Source: Tubiluchus corallicola
Lineage: Eukaryota; Animalia; Priapulida
Length of the DNA: 64,000 nucleotides
Direction of reading: 5' to 3'
Assembly: GCA_030141605.1 (NCBI GenBank)
Contig: JAQGDQ010000115.1
Coordinates: forward strand, 1-64,000
Each line of letters opens with the position of its first letter. Positions within the stretch are counted from its first letter, which is position 1. The translations under genes were made by a program, and so were the position numbers. Under the pieces are notes generated by a model, which did not search any database, was not told the DNA's origin, and was given only the letters and a program-made list of their open reading frames with translations. Below, in pieces: positions 1 through 12,362 of this stretch.

Positions 1-1702
1 TGCAAGGTCAAAACTACCTATGAATGCGGCTTCAACAAGTTGTTGAAATCGCGACTGTTTTACACTTGCAACAGTCCGCGACAAATATGATTACGTGAAA
101 TTTTGTTTGCAGAATCTTGAAGATAGTTGATTAGCGAAGTCCCCGTTTTAAAGATGTCTATTTTAATAACTGCTTCAGATTTCCCACAAAAGATTGTTTT
201 AAGATCGTAAACCATTGGCGTGTGATGCTTGTTTATCGTAAAGCGTGTTAAACTCTGGCAAATTTTAATTCAGCGAATCAAACAACACTAGTTTCCCTTT
301 AAGTAACAGAAAAAATAATTTGCATTTTTTAAAAGGGACAAATATTGATGGTGATGATGGTGGTGGTGGTGGTGGTGGAGGTGGTGGTGGTGTTTGGTGG
401 CGGTGATGAACATGGTGGTGATGATGATGATGATGATGAAGATGATGATGATGATGACGATGATGATGATGATGGTCATGACCATGATGATCATGATGAT
501 AGTAATGATGATGATGATAAAATAATGTATAAAATTTTAACACACAAAAAGTAAAACATCTTATAACAACCCAACGTATTATATTATACTGTACCATGAT
601 AGGCTGCACCGTTCCATATCATACCAAGTGAACCACATCAATATTATTACTCGTTGTTGGATTAAGCAAGTCATCATTAGAATTGATGATGATGATGATT
701 ATGATGATGATGACCATAATGATAAAAAATGTAGAATCAATTTAATAAATTCGTAGAGTATTGTCATAAAAACTTTCTAAATCTGAAAGCTTATAAATGT
801 AAACAAATGTAAACAAACTTTTTATTTCAGAGGTGAATATAAAGTTCATTCCGACAAAGTGAATAATTAAAGGTACAATGACTAGATTTTACTGACTCTC
901 ACAAATATTTAAATGTAGTTAAATATAGAGAAATATTTCGATAGTTTTGCAAGATTTCGAGCGACGGCTGTGGTAAGCTGTTGATGAGTGAACAAAGCAC
1001 ATATGAAAAGATTAGGGGGGGGGGAGAAGATGTGAAATAACGTCGAGTAATAATATTGATGTGGTTCACTTGGTATGATATGGAACGGTGCAGCCTATCA
1101 TGGTACAGTATAATATAATACGTTGGGTTGTTATAAGATGTTTTACTTTTTGTGTGTTAAAATTTTATACATTATTTTATCATCATCATCATTACTATCA
1201 TCATGATCATCATGGTCATGACCATCATCATCATCATCGTCATCATCATCATCATCTTCATCATCATCATCATCATCACCACCATGTTCATCACCGCCAC
1301 CAAACACCACCACCACCTCCACCACCACCACCACCACCATCATCACCATCATCATTTGTCCCTTTTAAAAATGCAAAATTATTTTTTTCTGGTGCCATTT
1401 AAAGGGAAACTAGTGTTGTTTGATTCGCTGAATTAAAATTTGCCACAGAGTTTAACACGCTTTACGATAAACAAGCATCAGACGCCAATGGTCTGCGATC
1501 TTAACACAATCTTTTGTGGGAGATCTGAAGCAGTTATTAAAATAGACATCTTTAAACCGGGGACTTCGCAAATCAACTATCTTCAAGATTCTGCGAACAA
1601 AATTTCACGTAATCATATGTGTCTCTGATTTTTGCAAGTGTAAAACAGTCGCGATTTTAAACATTTGTCGAAGCCGCATTCATAGGTAGTTTTGATCTTG
1701 CA
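1..1702. repeat. Long inverted repeat (foldback): arms ~1-653 and ~1044-1702, spacer ~390 bp; may extend beyond the window start
   Basis: TGCAAGGTCAAAACTACCTATGAATGCGGC at 1 is the near reverse complement of GCCGCATTCATAGGTAGTTTTGATCTTGCA ending at 1702. Mirrored ORFs (265-609 minus, 1088-1402 plus) are identical over ~85 aa. Confidence 0.95.
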
Positions 1703-2179
1703 TGGCATACGTGATCTTAAAGTTGTACCTAACCTATTCTAGATATTAAGCCTTCTGCCAAACTGATTCATTGGTAATGTGTAGGTACTGTGTCTTAGAG
1801 CACGTAGAACATTACCCCCGTGTTAGACGGCTTACTGATAGATTAGTTTTCATAAATGCTTATATTGTTTGTTTGTTGCACTGTTATTAATACTGTTTGT
1901 GTATGTAAATATTGTAAAATATATATGTTAGCATTGCAATCAACTGTTTCTCTTTTTACTCACACTTTTTCAGCTTTGGTTACTAAAGAACGGATAATTT
2001 AGGAACCTCGGACATTCAGCGCTTCTCCCTCATTAGACTATCAAATTATCCTTCAAATTTCTCCCTTTCTTTACAATAATTCATGTGGATGCATTAACTG
2101 TTATTACAAAGTTTATAACATGGACGTTATAAACGTGTTGCATTTTGTTTTACATGAACAACCAGCATATCTAAATTAT

Positions 2180-2530
2180 CATAATATTCAAGTCCCTATC
2201 AGCATTTAAAACAAAATTAAAATCACTAATATTAACGAGATATGAAATACCATCACACCAGTACAACAACATACACACTAATTCAGTATTTTTACATCCA
2301 CGGCCGCATTAATTAAATCATAATTTTTTCATTTTTTTGTACATAGTTGTAAATATGTTTGATTTTATTCGTCGTTGCTTTCCATTACTGCACAGTAGTT
2401 TAGATTGCACTGACGCATTTGCCTTTAGCAGTGTAAGTTTTTATTAACTAACACTGATTGATCATCTCTGTAAAGTTTTTTATCAGTGATTATCAATTTA
2501 TTTTAATGGCAAATAAAGATTATTATATAT
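2180..2530 (+). mobile_element. 3' end of a CR1/L2-group LINE; second copy inverted at ~47480-47900
   Basis: Near-identical to the reverse complement of 47480-47815. Ends AATAAAGATT plus a TA-rich tail. Confidence 0.65.
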
Positions 2531-3564
2531 AGTGCAATAAGTACGTATATAGTACTATATACGATAAATACAATTGAATCAAATGAAATAGCAGTTATGA
2601 ATACTGGACCTTACTGTGGTCCTTATTTTCACCAACTTTGTGTTGCTAATGAGCGCCAATGGCAGTAAAGAAAATTAACAGAAAGGAAAGCTGGTGACCT
2701 AAAGACAGTCAACCAGATAACAATGGATAATGCGACAGATGCCCTCTGGTAATTGAAATGCGTTAAATAAATCAACCCATTTAGCTCTCTTTTCACTGAG
2801 GTTGTTTTGCAATGTGACGTAGTGCGGCTCGAGATTTGTGGGGCGAGAAACAATTTGAAATTGGGGTAAATTAATTACGTAGTGCTAAATTAATTATCTG
2901 CGGTACATTAAAGTAATTTGTCTATATTATTCGTCTGTGTAGGTTCACAATTGGTTAGGTTATCCGCTAAAAATCTCCAGATTGGCTGGTCCGTATAGAA
3001 TAGCAGACACCACAGATTGAAAAACACTTTATAGCTTTCGAGACCAAACGTATTTGTATTTAGACAGCCACATGTAAACAAATTACATTGTTTAATATTA
3101 CATTATTTTGGATATTCTGAAATGTTGCGAATCATATTACAAGGCGCATTTAGGCAGTGTGTCTCTGTGCGTCTCTTCCGCCACCCTTTTGACTATTTCT
3201 TTATCATACATTTAGTATTTTTATTTACTTTATTGTATAATTTTATGGGTGTCAAATAAACTAAACAAAACTAAAGTAAACAAATGTAAACGAATTAGCA
3301 TCCAACACCTCATTGTCTGTTACTGTGTTCTAATAAAGGTAAAAGGGAAATATGGTGTTAATTAAAATAATTTTCAGAAATAGGAAAGCATTTTAGCCCA
3401 ATTCAAATTACCTTTGTCTCTTTTAAACATACATTGCAGAAAGAATTGCAACTTACTAACAGTTAGCTAGTTTAAACATAATTTATTATAGGATTGAATC
3501 AGACAGTTTGAACAACATGATTTAGGATCCTCACGACAACAGACTTTATACATTATTTACAAAA

Positions 3565-3786
3565 ACATTTACAGTAAGAATAGACTATAACTACACAAGC
3601 TGACAAGTTTTACTACAAGATTATATTAGACATTAGTAACATTTACAGTAAGAATTGACTATACCTACACAAGCTGACAAGTTTTACTACAAGATTACAT
3701 TAGGCATTAGTAACATTTATAGTAAGAATTGACTATACCTACATAAGCTGAGAAGTTTTACTACAAGATTACATTAGACATTAGTA
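3565..3786. repeat. Tandem repeat, 74 bp x 3
   Basis: ACATTTA(C/T)AGTAAGAAT recurs at 3565, 3639 and 3713. Confidence 0.9.
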
Positions 3787-4511
3787 GAAAATGACGGTTA
3801 GAAAATATTAATGTACGAATATTTAAGAGTGATGCATTTCATATCAAACAGAAACTTCTGGAAGCGTTTAGTACGTAATATAAAGTCATGTATGCATTGG
3901 AATATTTTACAGTTAGCAGCATAGTTAAATTCATCTTTTACGAATAATAACAACTTCAACAGATCATTAGTTCTGTACCTATGTTGCATTTTTTGTAGGG
4001 GAATAACAAAATACTTGTCATCGAATGTTCAACGCCTGGTGCCACGTTTCAGTTCAAGAATTTCATTGCTAACCTTTTAGTTTAGTTAATAACTTTAAGT
4101 ACAGCAGGTTAAAATATGCGAACTGTTGTTTACCTTTTTAACAATTTTACCGAATATTTTCGTCGAAAATGTGTGTGGGTTTTCCCCCAGATGAGGATAC
4201 GCAGCAGTAAATAGCAAAAGTAAATAATAGCCGTGAGCAATAAATAGGAATAAATGCAAAAAACAAACGCAAATCCAATGCGTGACTTGTGTAACGATGT
4301 ATTTCAGAGTGAGAACTAACAACTAATCAGGACACAACTAAGTAGGATATCCGGGTACATTATATATATATATATGTGTACAACCAGAACATCCTTTGTT
4401 TATCATGTAGCATCCCGTTTCTGTTTAACTGTGCATTTTATATACAAGCATTGTAAAAGTCAGTTAAGTTTAGAGAAGAGTTCTTGTGTTTTGTATTTTT
4501 CCACGGAGAAC

Positions 4512-5171
4512 ATGGGCCCGTTTAATGCTGTTTCTGAATCTTCCAATTTAGTGCCAGAAGTTAAAACTCCCGCGAAGAAATGCTCGTCGACATTCGTCTG
4601 TCTAAGCATTCTGACGTTTGTGATGACGGCTTGTCTGGGTTGCGTCATCATTGTCCTGCTGAGGGTCGAGGTCATCTATTCTGTCAGCGAGCAACAGCCG
4701 GCGACCAAAGATGACGTTTCAGCGGTCACAGAGTCTCCGGTCCCGACACACCTTGTGACTTCTGCACTTGTGACAGTCGATCTCCCGGCAGACAAACTTA
4801 TTGACGATGCCAAAGACTGCACGGAGCTTGAACTGACACTCAATAACATACGTCTCATAGAATCACAAGTTCCACTAGAAGTCTACCACAGATTCACTGA
4901 TAAATACGATCGGCTGAGCTGCAATGAGACCAACATCGACTGGCCGACTACCTTAAGACCACTTAGGGTCAAGAGGAGTGTGGCAGCTGAATGCGACATG
5001 ACGAGGGTTGGCGATGGTTGGTGCGACAGCGAGTGTAATGTACCAACGTATAGATATGATGGCGGGGATTGTTGCGAACATCTCTGTACTTATCGTGACC
5101 AATTCGAGGACAAGCTATGGCCCTGTGGGAGCAACGGGTACGACTGCAAGCTGCCCGTACCAGGAGAAACT
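4512..5171 (+). CDS. Gene 1 exon 1: type II membrane protein; TM anchor, stalk, RVKR furin site, LNR module
   Basis: ATG 4512; hydrophobic FVCLSILTFVMTACLGCVIIVLL; RVKR at 4965-4976; CDMTRVGDGWCDSECNVPTYRYDGGDCC..CGSNGYDC resembles LNR/pappalysin LNR3; donor GTAAGT 5172, phase 0. Confidence 0.85.
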
Positions 5172-6685
5172 GTAAGTAATTAATCTTAGGTGTGTGCACA
5201 AAAACTCATCATGACCATTACGTAGGTTGATGGATTGATTGATCGTTTATTGACTAAAACAATTACGTAATGCAGGTCGAGCAGTATCAAAATAAAAACG
5301 TTTTTAGTCCAGTGAACCCTTAAACAAAACACGAGGCACAATATATTTGTCAGGCGGAAACTTTAGAATAAAAGAAATGTTGTCGGAAAATCCGTTTTAA
5401 ACCAAGCCTGGCTTCTTTGGTGGGCTTACAATATTAGTCAGATCGTATGCTTCGTTCATGCATGTGTAACCAAGCGTTTAGTTAACCTTGCCTTATAAAA
5501 AGGAAGTGTTATCGCTGATCGGTGACCACCTGTCAGCAGGTACCACACAAGGTCCTTTTTCTTGTTCTTTTTTTATATAGGCCTATATGTGAGATTATTT
5601 AAAGTGCTGTGAATTATGTGATTATTTTTGTTGTAACGTAATGCAAAGTGTAACAGTTAAATTTGTTAATAAAGTGTATTATTAGTGTGACCACAATTTA
5701 TACAAATCGTTATGTTACTCTAATGACTATGTTTGACTGGATTATTTTCACAGCACAATTAATGCAAAATCACAGGTAAGAGCAAATCAATCAATACCCA
5801 CTAAGGTTTAAGTGGGTATTGATTGCATCCCCAATGCATCCTTTCTCACTGCAAAAAGTTAGTGTTAACAGTGCACGATCAGGACAGGCTCTCCCTCTCT
5901 TTAAAGCTATTTGGCATCAAATTCAATTTTTTCGATAAATGTGCTCTCAAGACCGGTAGACAAAACAGTAATCCAGCAAAAAGAACTAGACTCTACTATG
6001 CCTGTGTTTTGTCTTAATCTCTTCACTGCTATTATGCATTTTTTGCTTTTATTAACTGTGTTAATGTGAGATAAAGTTGGTATGAAATTATAAATCATGC
6101 AATTAGAATTAATAATTCGGAAAGTTAATTAATAATTTAGGTTGAAATTGCTAAAAATAAAAAAAAACGCTAAAGTGGGGGGGGGGGTTATGAAAAAAAC
6201 GTTTACTTTCAGACAGTTTATTTGATCAACCGAACGGGTTGGAATGACAGACCAATCAAATGATCATTTGATCAACCGAACGAATTGGAATGACAGGCCA
6301 ATCAAATGATCAAGGCAATAACATTATTACTATGCAAATACTACTTATATAAACAAATAAACAACCAAATTAAGTAAATAGTCGTGCAAGAAGGAACAAC
6401 TGAAGATGGAATCAATGAACAGAGCACAAACTCACAAGCAAGCATTAAACGAGCAAATAAACAGACAACAAACAGAAAGACAAAAATATTTACAACAAAA
6501 ACGACGACAAAGACAACAGCACCAGCAACACCGACAATAACAACAACGATGACAGTGACGACGATTAGTAATTGGTAGAAGCAATCGTTAAACAACTTGC
6601 CTAGCTCAGCAAAACTTCTGCCTCGCTCTTAAGATTCTTCTCTATTAATTTGAACCTCTCTATTATTTGCGATATTTCTCTCCAG

Positions 6686-6811
6686 GTACCAAACTGGTTT
6701 ACTCACAGCACACAGTTCTGTTTTCGCTGGTATGCTGATGGTGACGGTGGACAGTGCGGCGACGGTTCAGAACCGCATGAAATATGTGCTCACACTTCAT
6801 CAAAAACAAGG
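6686..6811 (+). CDS. Gene 1 exon 2 (Cys-rich repeat 1, first part)
   Basis: Acceptor TTTCTCTCCAG; VPNWFTHSTQFCFRWYADGDGGQCG..CAHTSSKTR; donor GTAAGT; 126 nt, phase 0-0. Confidence 0.88.
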
Positions 6812-6832
6812 GTAAGTAGATTTATTATACTG

Positions 6833-7214
6833 GACTCTCAGGGGGTCGAACTCCAAGATGGCATATCGGTCTTGATATTGAACTGAATTCGTCTCTGGGG
6901 TCGAACTCCAAGATGGCATAGCGGTCTTGATATTGAACTGAATTTGACTCAGGGGGTCGAACACCAAGATGGCATAGCGGTCTTGATATTGAACTGAATT
7001 TGACTCAGGGGGTCGAACACCAAGATGGCATGGCGGTCTTGATATTGAACTGAATTCGACTCAGGGGGTCGAACTCCAAGATGGCATAGCGGTCTTGATA
7101 TTGAACTGAATTCGACTCAGGGGGTCGAACTCCAAGATGGCATAGCGGTCTTGATATTGAACTGAATTCGACCCAGGGGGTCGAGCTCCAATATGGCATA
7201 GCGGTCTTGATATT
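6833..7214. repeat. Intronic minisatellite, 56 bp x ~7
   Basis: Unit GACTCAGGGGGTCGAACTCCAAGATGGCATAGCGGTCTTGATATTGAACTGAATT(C/T); starts at 6946 and 7002. Confidence 0.92.
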
Positions 7215-7384
7215 ACGCATCAGGAAAATCCATTTTACTATTGTTGTGTAACTGATTACTTAACTGCAAATGTTAATTTTAATTACAAATGTTATGCTAT
7301 TTAACTAAGTGTCTGTAAACTAGTAATATATACCTGTTGTAGCATGTCATTTAACTCTCATAAAATAAAGCACAAAAACTACAC

Positions 7385-7681
7385 TGTACGGAGTTTATTA
7401 TCAGCGCTAATAAAAATAGGGAACAAAATACACGTGCACAAAAAAAAACTAACTCAGTAACAGCAAGCACTGCACCCTAGGAGCACCTGTGTCAGAAATC
7501 CCAGGCTGTAGTGACCTCTACACGCTTTTATACTGGTATTCCAGGTCAGCTGGCTTCTCACATCACGTGTAGGCCCAAACCAGACGTCTGGACCTACAAG
7601 AAAGGGGTGAGTCGCTGCTGACGTGGAAGCAGGGCGTGTAGAGGGCCCTGCACCTGATCCGACACAGGTGTCTCCGTAACA
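7385..7681 (-). mobile_element. Probable solo LTR (~297 bp)
   Basis: Minus strand starts TGTTACGGAG and ends AATAAACTCCGTACA (TG..CA with short terminal IR), with an internal TATAAAA. Flanks ACAC/ATAC suggest a degenerate 4-bp TSD. Confidence 0.6.
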
Positions 7682-7814
7682 ATACTAATAACGGATGTTA
7701 TACAGGGTGTTCAAGAAAAAAAACAGTGCAGCACAAACATGCTGATGTTCTTATACTGGAACTTAGAAGAATTGAAATTATTTGAAAATTGAAAATTTTA
7801 AAAAAAACAAACGA

Positions 7815-7930
7815 TATAGTCCAGAGGTAACGCGTCCGTCCTGAGAGGTCGTGAGGTCGATACAGCGGCCGGGACATACCAAAGACATCAAAAATGGTAC
7901 CTGCTGTTTCTCTGCCTGGCGCGTGGTATT
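7815..7930 (+). mobile_element. Degenerate tRNA-derived SINE with a conserved core (Meta-SINE-like, from recall)
   Basis: Decayed B-box GGTCGATAC followed by CATACCAAAGAC..AAAAATGGTACCTGCTG..TCTCTGCCTGGCGC. Confidence 0.45.
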
Positions 7931-8251
7931 TATGGTAAATGCGGGGTTATAATAATCTCTGTTAGGTATGTGTAGTTTCTTATTTACAGTTCAGCAGTTA
8001 TATCATGCTATAATCTCTTATTAAGTGTCTTAATACCCAACAAGATTTCATTGTGATTTGATTATCATATTTCAACATATTGGCATATTCCTATAGTACA
8101 ATCCTTTTGGAACACCCAGTGCTTCTTTATGTGAACATTGAACAATTCTAACACGCACTTTTTGCATGATGAGTCGTAAACTGTCTACACAGTCCTCATC
8201 ACGGTAAATATTTTTGCTCACCATTCTACACTTTGCTCCTTTGACCTGCAG

Positions 8252-8389
8252 GTGTATAGAGATGACACAGACGGAAGAGGAGGGGGATGTCAAATGGGCT
8301 GGGCAATCAAGTCTCCATACAGCGATCCCTGGTTTCAGCAGGTGCAAATCTGTTTTAAGTTCATGGCAGACGGTAGCTCGCCTCAGCAG
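8252..8389 (+). CDS. Gene 1 exon 3
   Basis: Acceptor TTTGACCTGCAG; VYRDDTDGRGGGCQMGWAIKSP..WFQQVQICFKFMADGSSPQQ; donor GTATGT; 138 nt, phase 0-0. Confidence 0.88.
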
Positions 8390-8404
8390 GTATGTCTGAC
8401 ACAA

Positions 8405-8905
8405 TGTCTTCTCCCTCCCTCCCTCCTCATTTCCTTTCCACCGCCTTCCTCTCCCTCTCCCTCTCCCCTCCTCTCCCTCTCTTTTCCTCTCTCCCTCTGT
8501 TTCTTCTCTCTTCTTTTTATCTTTCTTTCCCTTTTCTCTTTTTTTGCCTTGGCGCTTTCTCTTCTTGGTGCTAACACTATGTTTTTGCCCTCCCTCCATC
8601 CACATTTCATTTCCACCCCCTTTCTGTCCCTCTCCCCTTCTCTCCCTCTCTTTTCCTCTCTCCCTCTATTTCTTCTCTCATGTCTTTTCTCTTCCTTTCC
8701 CTTTTCTCTTTTTTTGCCTTGGTGGTTTCTCTTCTTGGTGCTAACACAATGTTTTCGCCCTCCCTCCCTCCCTCCACATTTCCACCCCCTCCTGCGCCTC
8801 ACCCCTTCTCTCCCTCTCTTTTCCTCTCTCCCTCTGTTTCTTCTCTCATCTCTTTTCTCTTCCTTTCCCTTTTCTCTTTCTTGCCTTGGTGCTCTCTTTT
8901 TGGTC
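8405..8905. repeat. CT-rich low-complexity tract with ~170-bp internal duplications
   Basis: Polypyrimidine; TTTCTCTTCTTGGTGCTAACAC occurs twice. Confidence 0.85.
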
Positions 8906-9264
8906 ACTAAGTGTTTTAAAGTGATTACGCGTTACTTTATTCAAACACGTCCCCACATTCCTTTGAGAAAGAGCTAGAAAAGTTTTCCTGCACTTTCGTA
9001 TTACTACGAAACAAGTCTGAAACATTAAGCGTAATTAACTGTGACAGAGTTTGGTTGGTTTGATTACAACTTTTAGCTTTTTGGTACAGTCAGACGTTGT
9101 TCTTAGTCTTCATATTGTGATTTGTGATGCAAATTTTACTTCGCAAGTTGCACAAATTTTGTTTTTGAACTCGTGGCGTTGTGTAAATTGAATAATAGAC
9201 GAGGTACGACAGCAACGACAGAAATAACAATAACAAGATTGAAAAATCAGCTCTTCTTACAGAT

Positions 9265-9547
9265 ATTACTTCTGGATGATGTTATTAATTTTAATGGATG
9301 TATATACATGTATAAGACCAACAACAACTTATTTCCAACTTTTTTTGGAAATCCAGTCAAGATAAATGTAAAAAGATACAATACCAGACATAATGAATAT
9401 ATAGCAAGACGTTGTAGGACAAATATGGCCAAACATTTCATTAGCTATATTGGACCAGTCCTATGGAATAGACTAAGCCGCACTTCAAAATGTAGTCACT
9501 CAACTTTTAAAAAAACTGTCAGAAAAGAAATATTTCAAAAGTATTGA
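9265..9547 (+). mobile_element. CR1/L2-group LINE ORF2 C-terminal remnant (intronic)
   Basis: RYNTR..RT..ISYIGPVLWNRL..STFKKTVRK matches the typical CR1/L2 post-RT tail motif. Confidence 0.7.
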
Positions 9548-9960
9548 GAGTAACACAGTTTGATAATGGTAATCACCTGCATTTACTCACAGTAATCTTA
9601 ATAAAACATGACAATGCTCAACAGGATTCATTCACTACTCCCCCCCCACTTTTATGTATAAATTATGATTATTTGAATTATTAATCACTTCTTTATGATT
9701 ACCACGTACAGTTTGGCCTGTCAAGCTATGCTCAACTGTATTCATCAAAATTACTCTGCTACGTAATTTGCACATGTATATGCTGCATAAGAATCTCTTT
9801 TGTAATTTCTGGATTAAATTGCATTTATATTTATATTTACTTCAGTGGAATTGTCGGTATTTTTATTATAACTGTTAGATGCAGGGTGGAAATAAATAAA
9901 CTTATAACTTATACACAGGTAAAAAGTTGGCTTACTTTATCTTCGTTTCTTTCTTTGCAG

Positions 9961-10293
9961 TGTAATGGTGTGAATCAACGTAACCACGAGTACATCAGGT
10001 GTGCACAGGTGGGGCAGTACACGCCCTACTATCGAGATGACACGGACGGTCGAGGAGGCGGGTGCAGAATGTCATGGAAACTGAGCGTTCCTAGCAACGC
10101 TGAGCCGTGGGCCAGGAGGATGCAACTCTGCTACGAGTGGTACCCGGATGGTGACGGCGGTCAATGTGGTGGGGGAGCCGCACGCAAACTGTGCGCTAGG
10201 GCTGGATTCTGGACTCCCTTTTACAGGGATGACACTGATGGTCGAGGCGGAGGATGTCGCATGAGCTGGCAACTTTCTGTCTTGTCAAACTAA
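9961..10293 (+). CDS. Gene 1 exon 4 (terminal): Cys-rich repeats 2-3, perivitellin-2 67 kDa / invertebrate MACPF accessory domain-like
   Basis: Acceptor TTCTTTGCAG; two YRDDTDGRGGGCRMSW motifs and CYEWYPDGDGGQCGGG; TAA 10291-10293. Full CDS is 418 aa. Confidence 0.9.
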   Translation, partial: CNGVNQRNHEYIRCAQVGQYTPYYRDDTDGRGGGCRMSWKLSVPSNAEPWARRMQLCYEWYPDGDGGQCGGGAARKLCARAGFWTPFYRDDTDGRGGGCRMSWQLSVLSN

Positions 10294-10309
10294 ATAAGCC
10301 AAAGTTTAA

Positions 10310-10825
10310 AGGAAGACCGGACGATTGTTTAGACTCAATCTCATTTTAATTTACTGTCCAAAATATACATTTTCTTGCCCATAAAAGTTAGCAATTGTTC
10401 CTTATATTTGAATAATTAGCTTAAAAAGTTAATTAACAGCACGAGAACACAGCTATTGCTTACGTCAGAAACTAACCACAGTTTGTGCAATGGCAGGCGT
10501 CTTCCCTTGCGCGTCAAGCACGTTTGCATAAGTGTTACAGCACTGTTTAAACGCACGAAAAATGTCACGAAAAATAGGCTCTACATCATATTACGCCAAA
10601 AACCAACACTGCAGTTCATGATCATGGTTATCACGGTACCGTCTTCTATTTGTCGGCCACGCGAATGTACAAAAAGGCGCCGTTGCCAATCTTAGTAGAT
10701 TCACGGAGCCGCGCGTAGCTTTGAAAGTTTATCGAAATTTGAGCATCCGAGGTAATTATTATTTAATCTAAGCTTTGTTTTAAAAAAAGCTATAGTAGTT
10801 TTCAATATTTTAGAGTGTTCTTTAT
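10310..10825 (-). mobile_element. Kolobok-like non-autonomous DNA transposon, one end truncated; inverted copy of 33056-33562
   Basis: TTAA|AGGAAGACCGGACGATTG 16 bp after the gene 1 stop; extended similarity to the reverse complement of 33090-33562. Confidence 0.6.
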
Positions 10826-11026
10826 TCCGTACTAATGTTTACCCAATCATCTGGTTTTCTTTTAAGAATGTTTCGAATGTTATTAAACCTGATGAGAAAA
10901 GTTAAAAAAATGACAGTGAAGTTTGACAAATATAACATTGAAATTGCGTTTAATAGTAAGGCTAATGTAAATATAATGATCTCAAAAATTTGACACCAAG
11001 TACTAAAAACTTTATTCAGAATGGTC

Positions 11027-11145
11027 TGCCATTTGCCCGCCATTGCCTGCCATTGTCTGCCATTGTCTGCCATTGTCTGCCATTGTCTGCCATTGCCTGC
11101 CATTGTCTGCCATTGTCTGCCATTGCCTGCCATTGTCTGCCATTA
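11027..11145. repeat. 10-bp tandem repeat GCCATTG(T/C)CT
   Basis: Seen directly. Confidence 0.9.
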
Positions 11146-11821
11146 GATGTGACAAGACTAAGTCCTGATTACTGGTCCATGCTGTAGAACGTAGTTGCCC
11201 ATTTAACGATTTTTGACAATTAATATTCAGTGGAAAAAGGCTTCAGCCATTAAATCCTATTGCCTCGGAATCATATAGGTCTAACGTAGATTCGGTTTAT
11301 GGTTGTCCAGAAAGACCCTAATACTCCCCACAAACAAGACTGTTCTTGTGTAAGACCCATTTCTCTGCCGTTCTGCAAAACATTCGACAAGCGTCCAATG
11401 TGCTATTTTTAATGATATGGGGCCTATTATCACAGCACATGTCCGGTTACCATATTCGTGAAATTGTTTTTGACTTCATTGTAATGTACTGCATTGTTGA
11501 TGTAATGCTTTGTAACTTGTAATTGTAATTGTATGGATTGTAAGTCGTCAATAAACATATTAGTAATACAGTAATAAGCGTGTCTGCAATTTGTAGTTTT
11601 AGACCACTAAGCCATCGAACCCGGTCCAGAACATTATGCAAAAATATACCACGCATTGGTCGCTATACAAAAATTGTCTATATTGAGCACAAGTAATTTT
11701 ATTTAACATCTTAGGTAACACTAATCTCTAAAACTTAGGTAACACTAGTCTCTAAAATCTGTATTTATGCCTTAGAGCAAGAATTCTGCCGATTTTCTAA
11801 TTGCACTCTGACAGTCTAACT

Positions 11822-12012
11822 TGTGACGTAATTAAAAGTGCAACCCTCCATTAGCACGGACTTGTCAAACAAAAAGTAGTAATTAAGCATGCAGAGCAAT
11901 TTTAATTTCTAACCTTAAAATGAGGTGGTCTTCTGACGTCAGTTTCTAGAACTTCGAGATCGTGGAGAAAGTTTGTGGTTCATTTTTCGTTGTGAGGTCG
12001 TTTTACAACAAG
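11822..12012 (+). promoter_or_regulatory. Candidate promoter / non-coding first exon A of gene 2
   Basis: Diverged paralogue of 14348-14522; ends ACAAG|GTAATG. Confidence 0.35.
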
Positions 12013-12362
12013 GTAATGTAAAAACTTTAGGCAGAAATGTCGACGATCTTGCTAAAGTTTGCAGCAAACTTTGCGAACAAGTTTAGTCGTCATTTTCTAA
12101 TAATCTGTAAGATCCATAGTTGTCCAACTTTGGTTAAAACTATACTGTTATCTATGCCTGCTTCATTATCTTGTTTTCTAACATTGTTTATTACTAGTAA
12201 GAAGACTTTAGGGACTTTTTTAGTTCCATTTTATGTTATTAATTGCACATAGGCTGTCTCTGAGCGGCTTCCGTTTTTGATACCACTTTTGCCGTCCTCT
12301 TTCCCCGAATACAGTTGTCTCCCTAATGGCACAAATCACGAGACGCTAAACATTTTCTGCTG

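Noticed and set aside
265-1436. His/Pro-rich and poly-Asp ORFs
   Set aside because: Translations of (CAT/CAC)n microsatellites inside the inverted repeat; open in several frames on both strands.
5378-5695. LTR-like segment with TATAAAAA and AATAAA
   Set aside because: No convincing termini or TSD.
5754-5775. 22-nt AG..GTAAG micro-exon candidate in gene 1 intron 1
   Set aside because: Not a multiple of 3 and gives CAC AAT TAA in the incoming frame. Exons 1 and 2 join in frame without it. A poison exon is not excluded.
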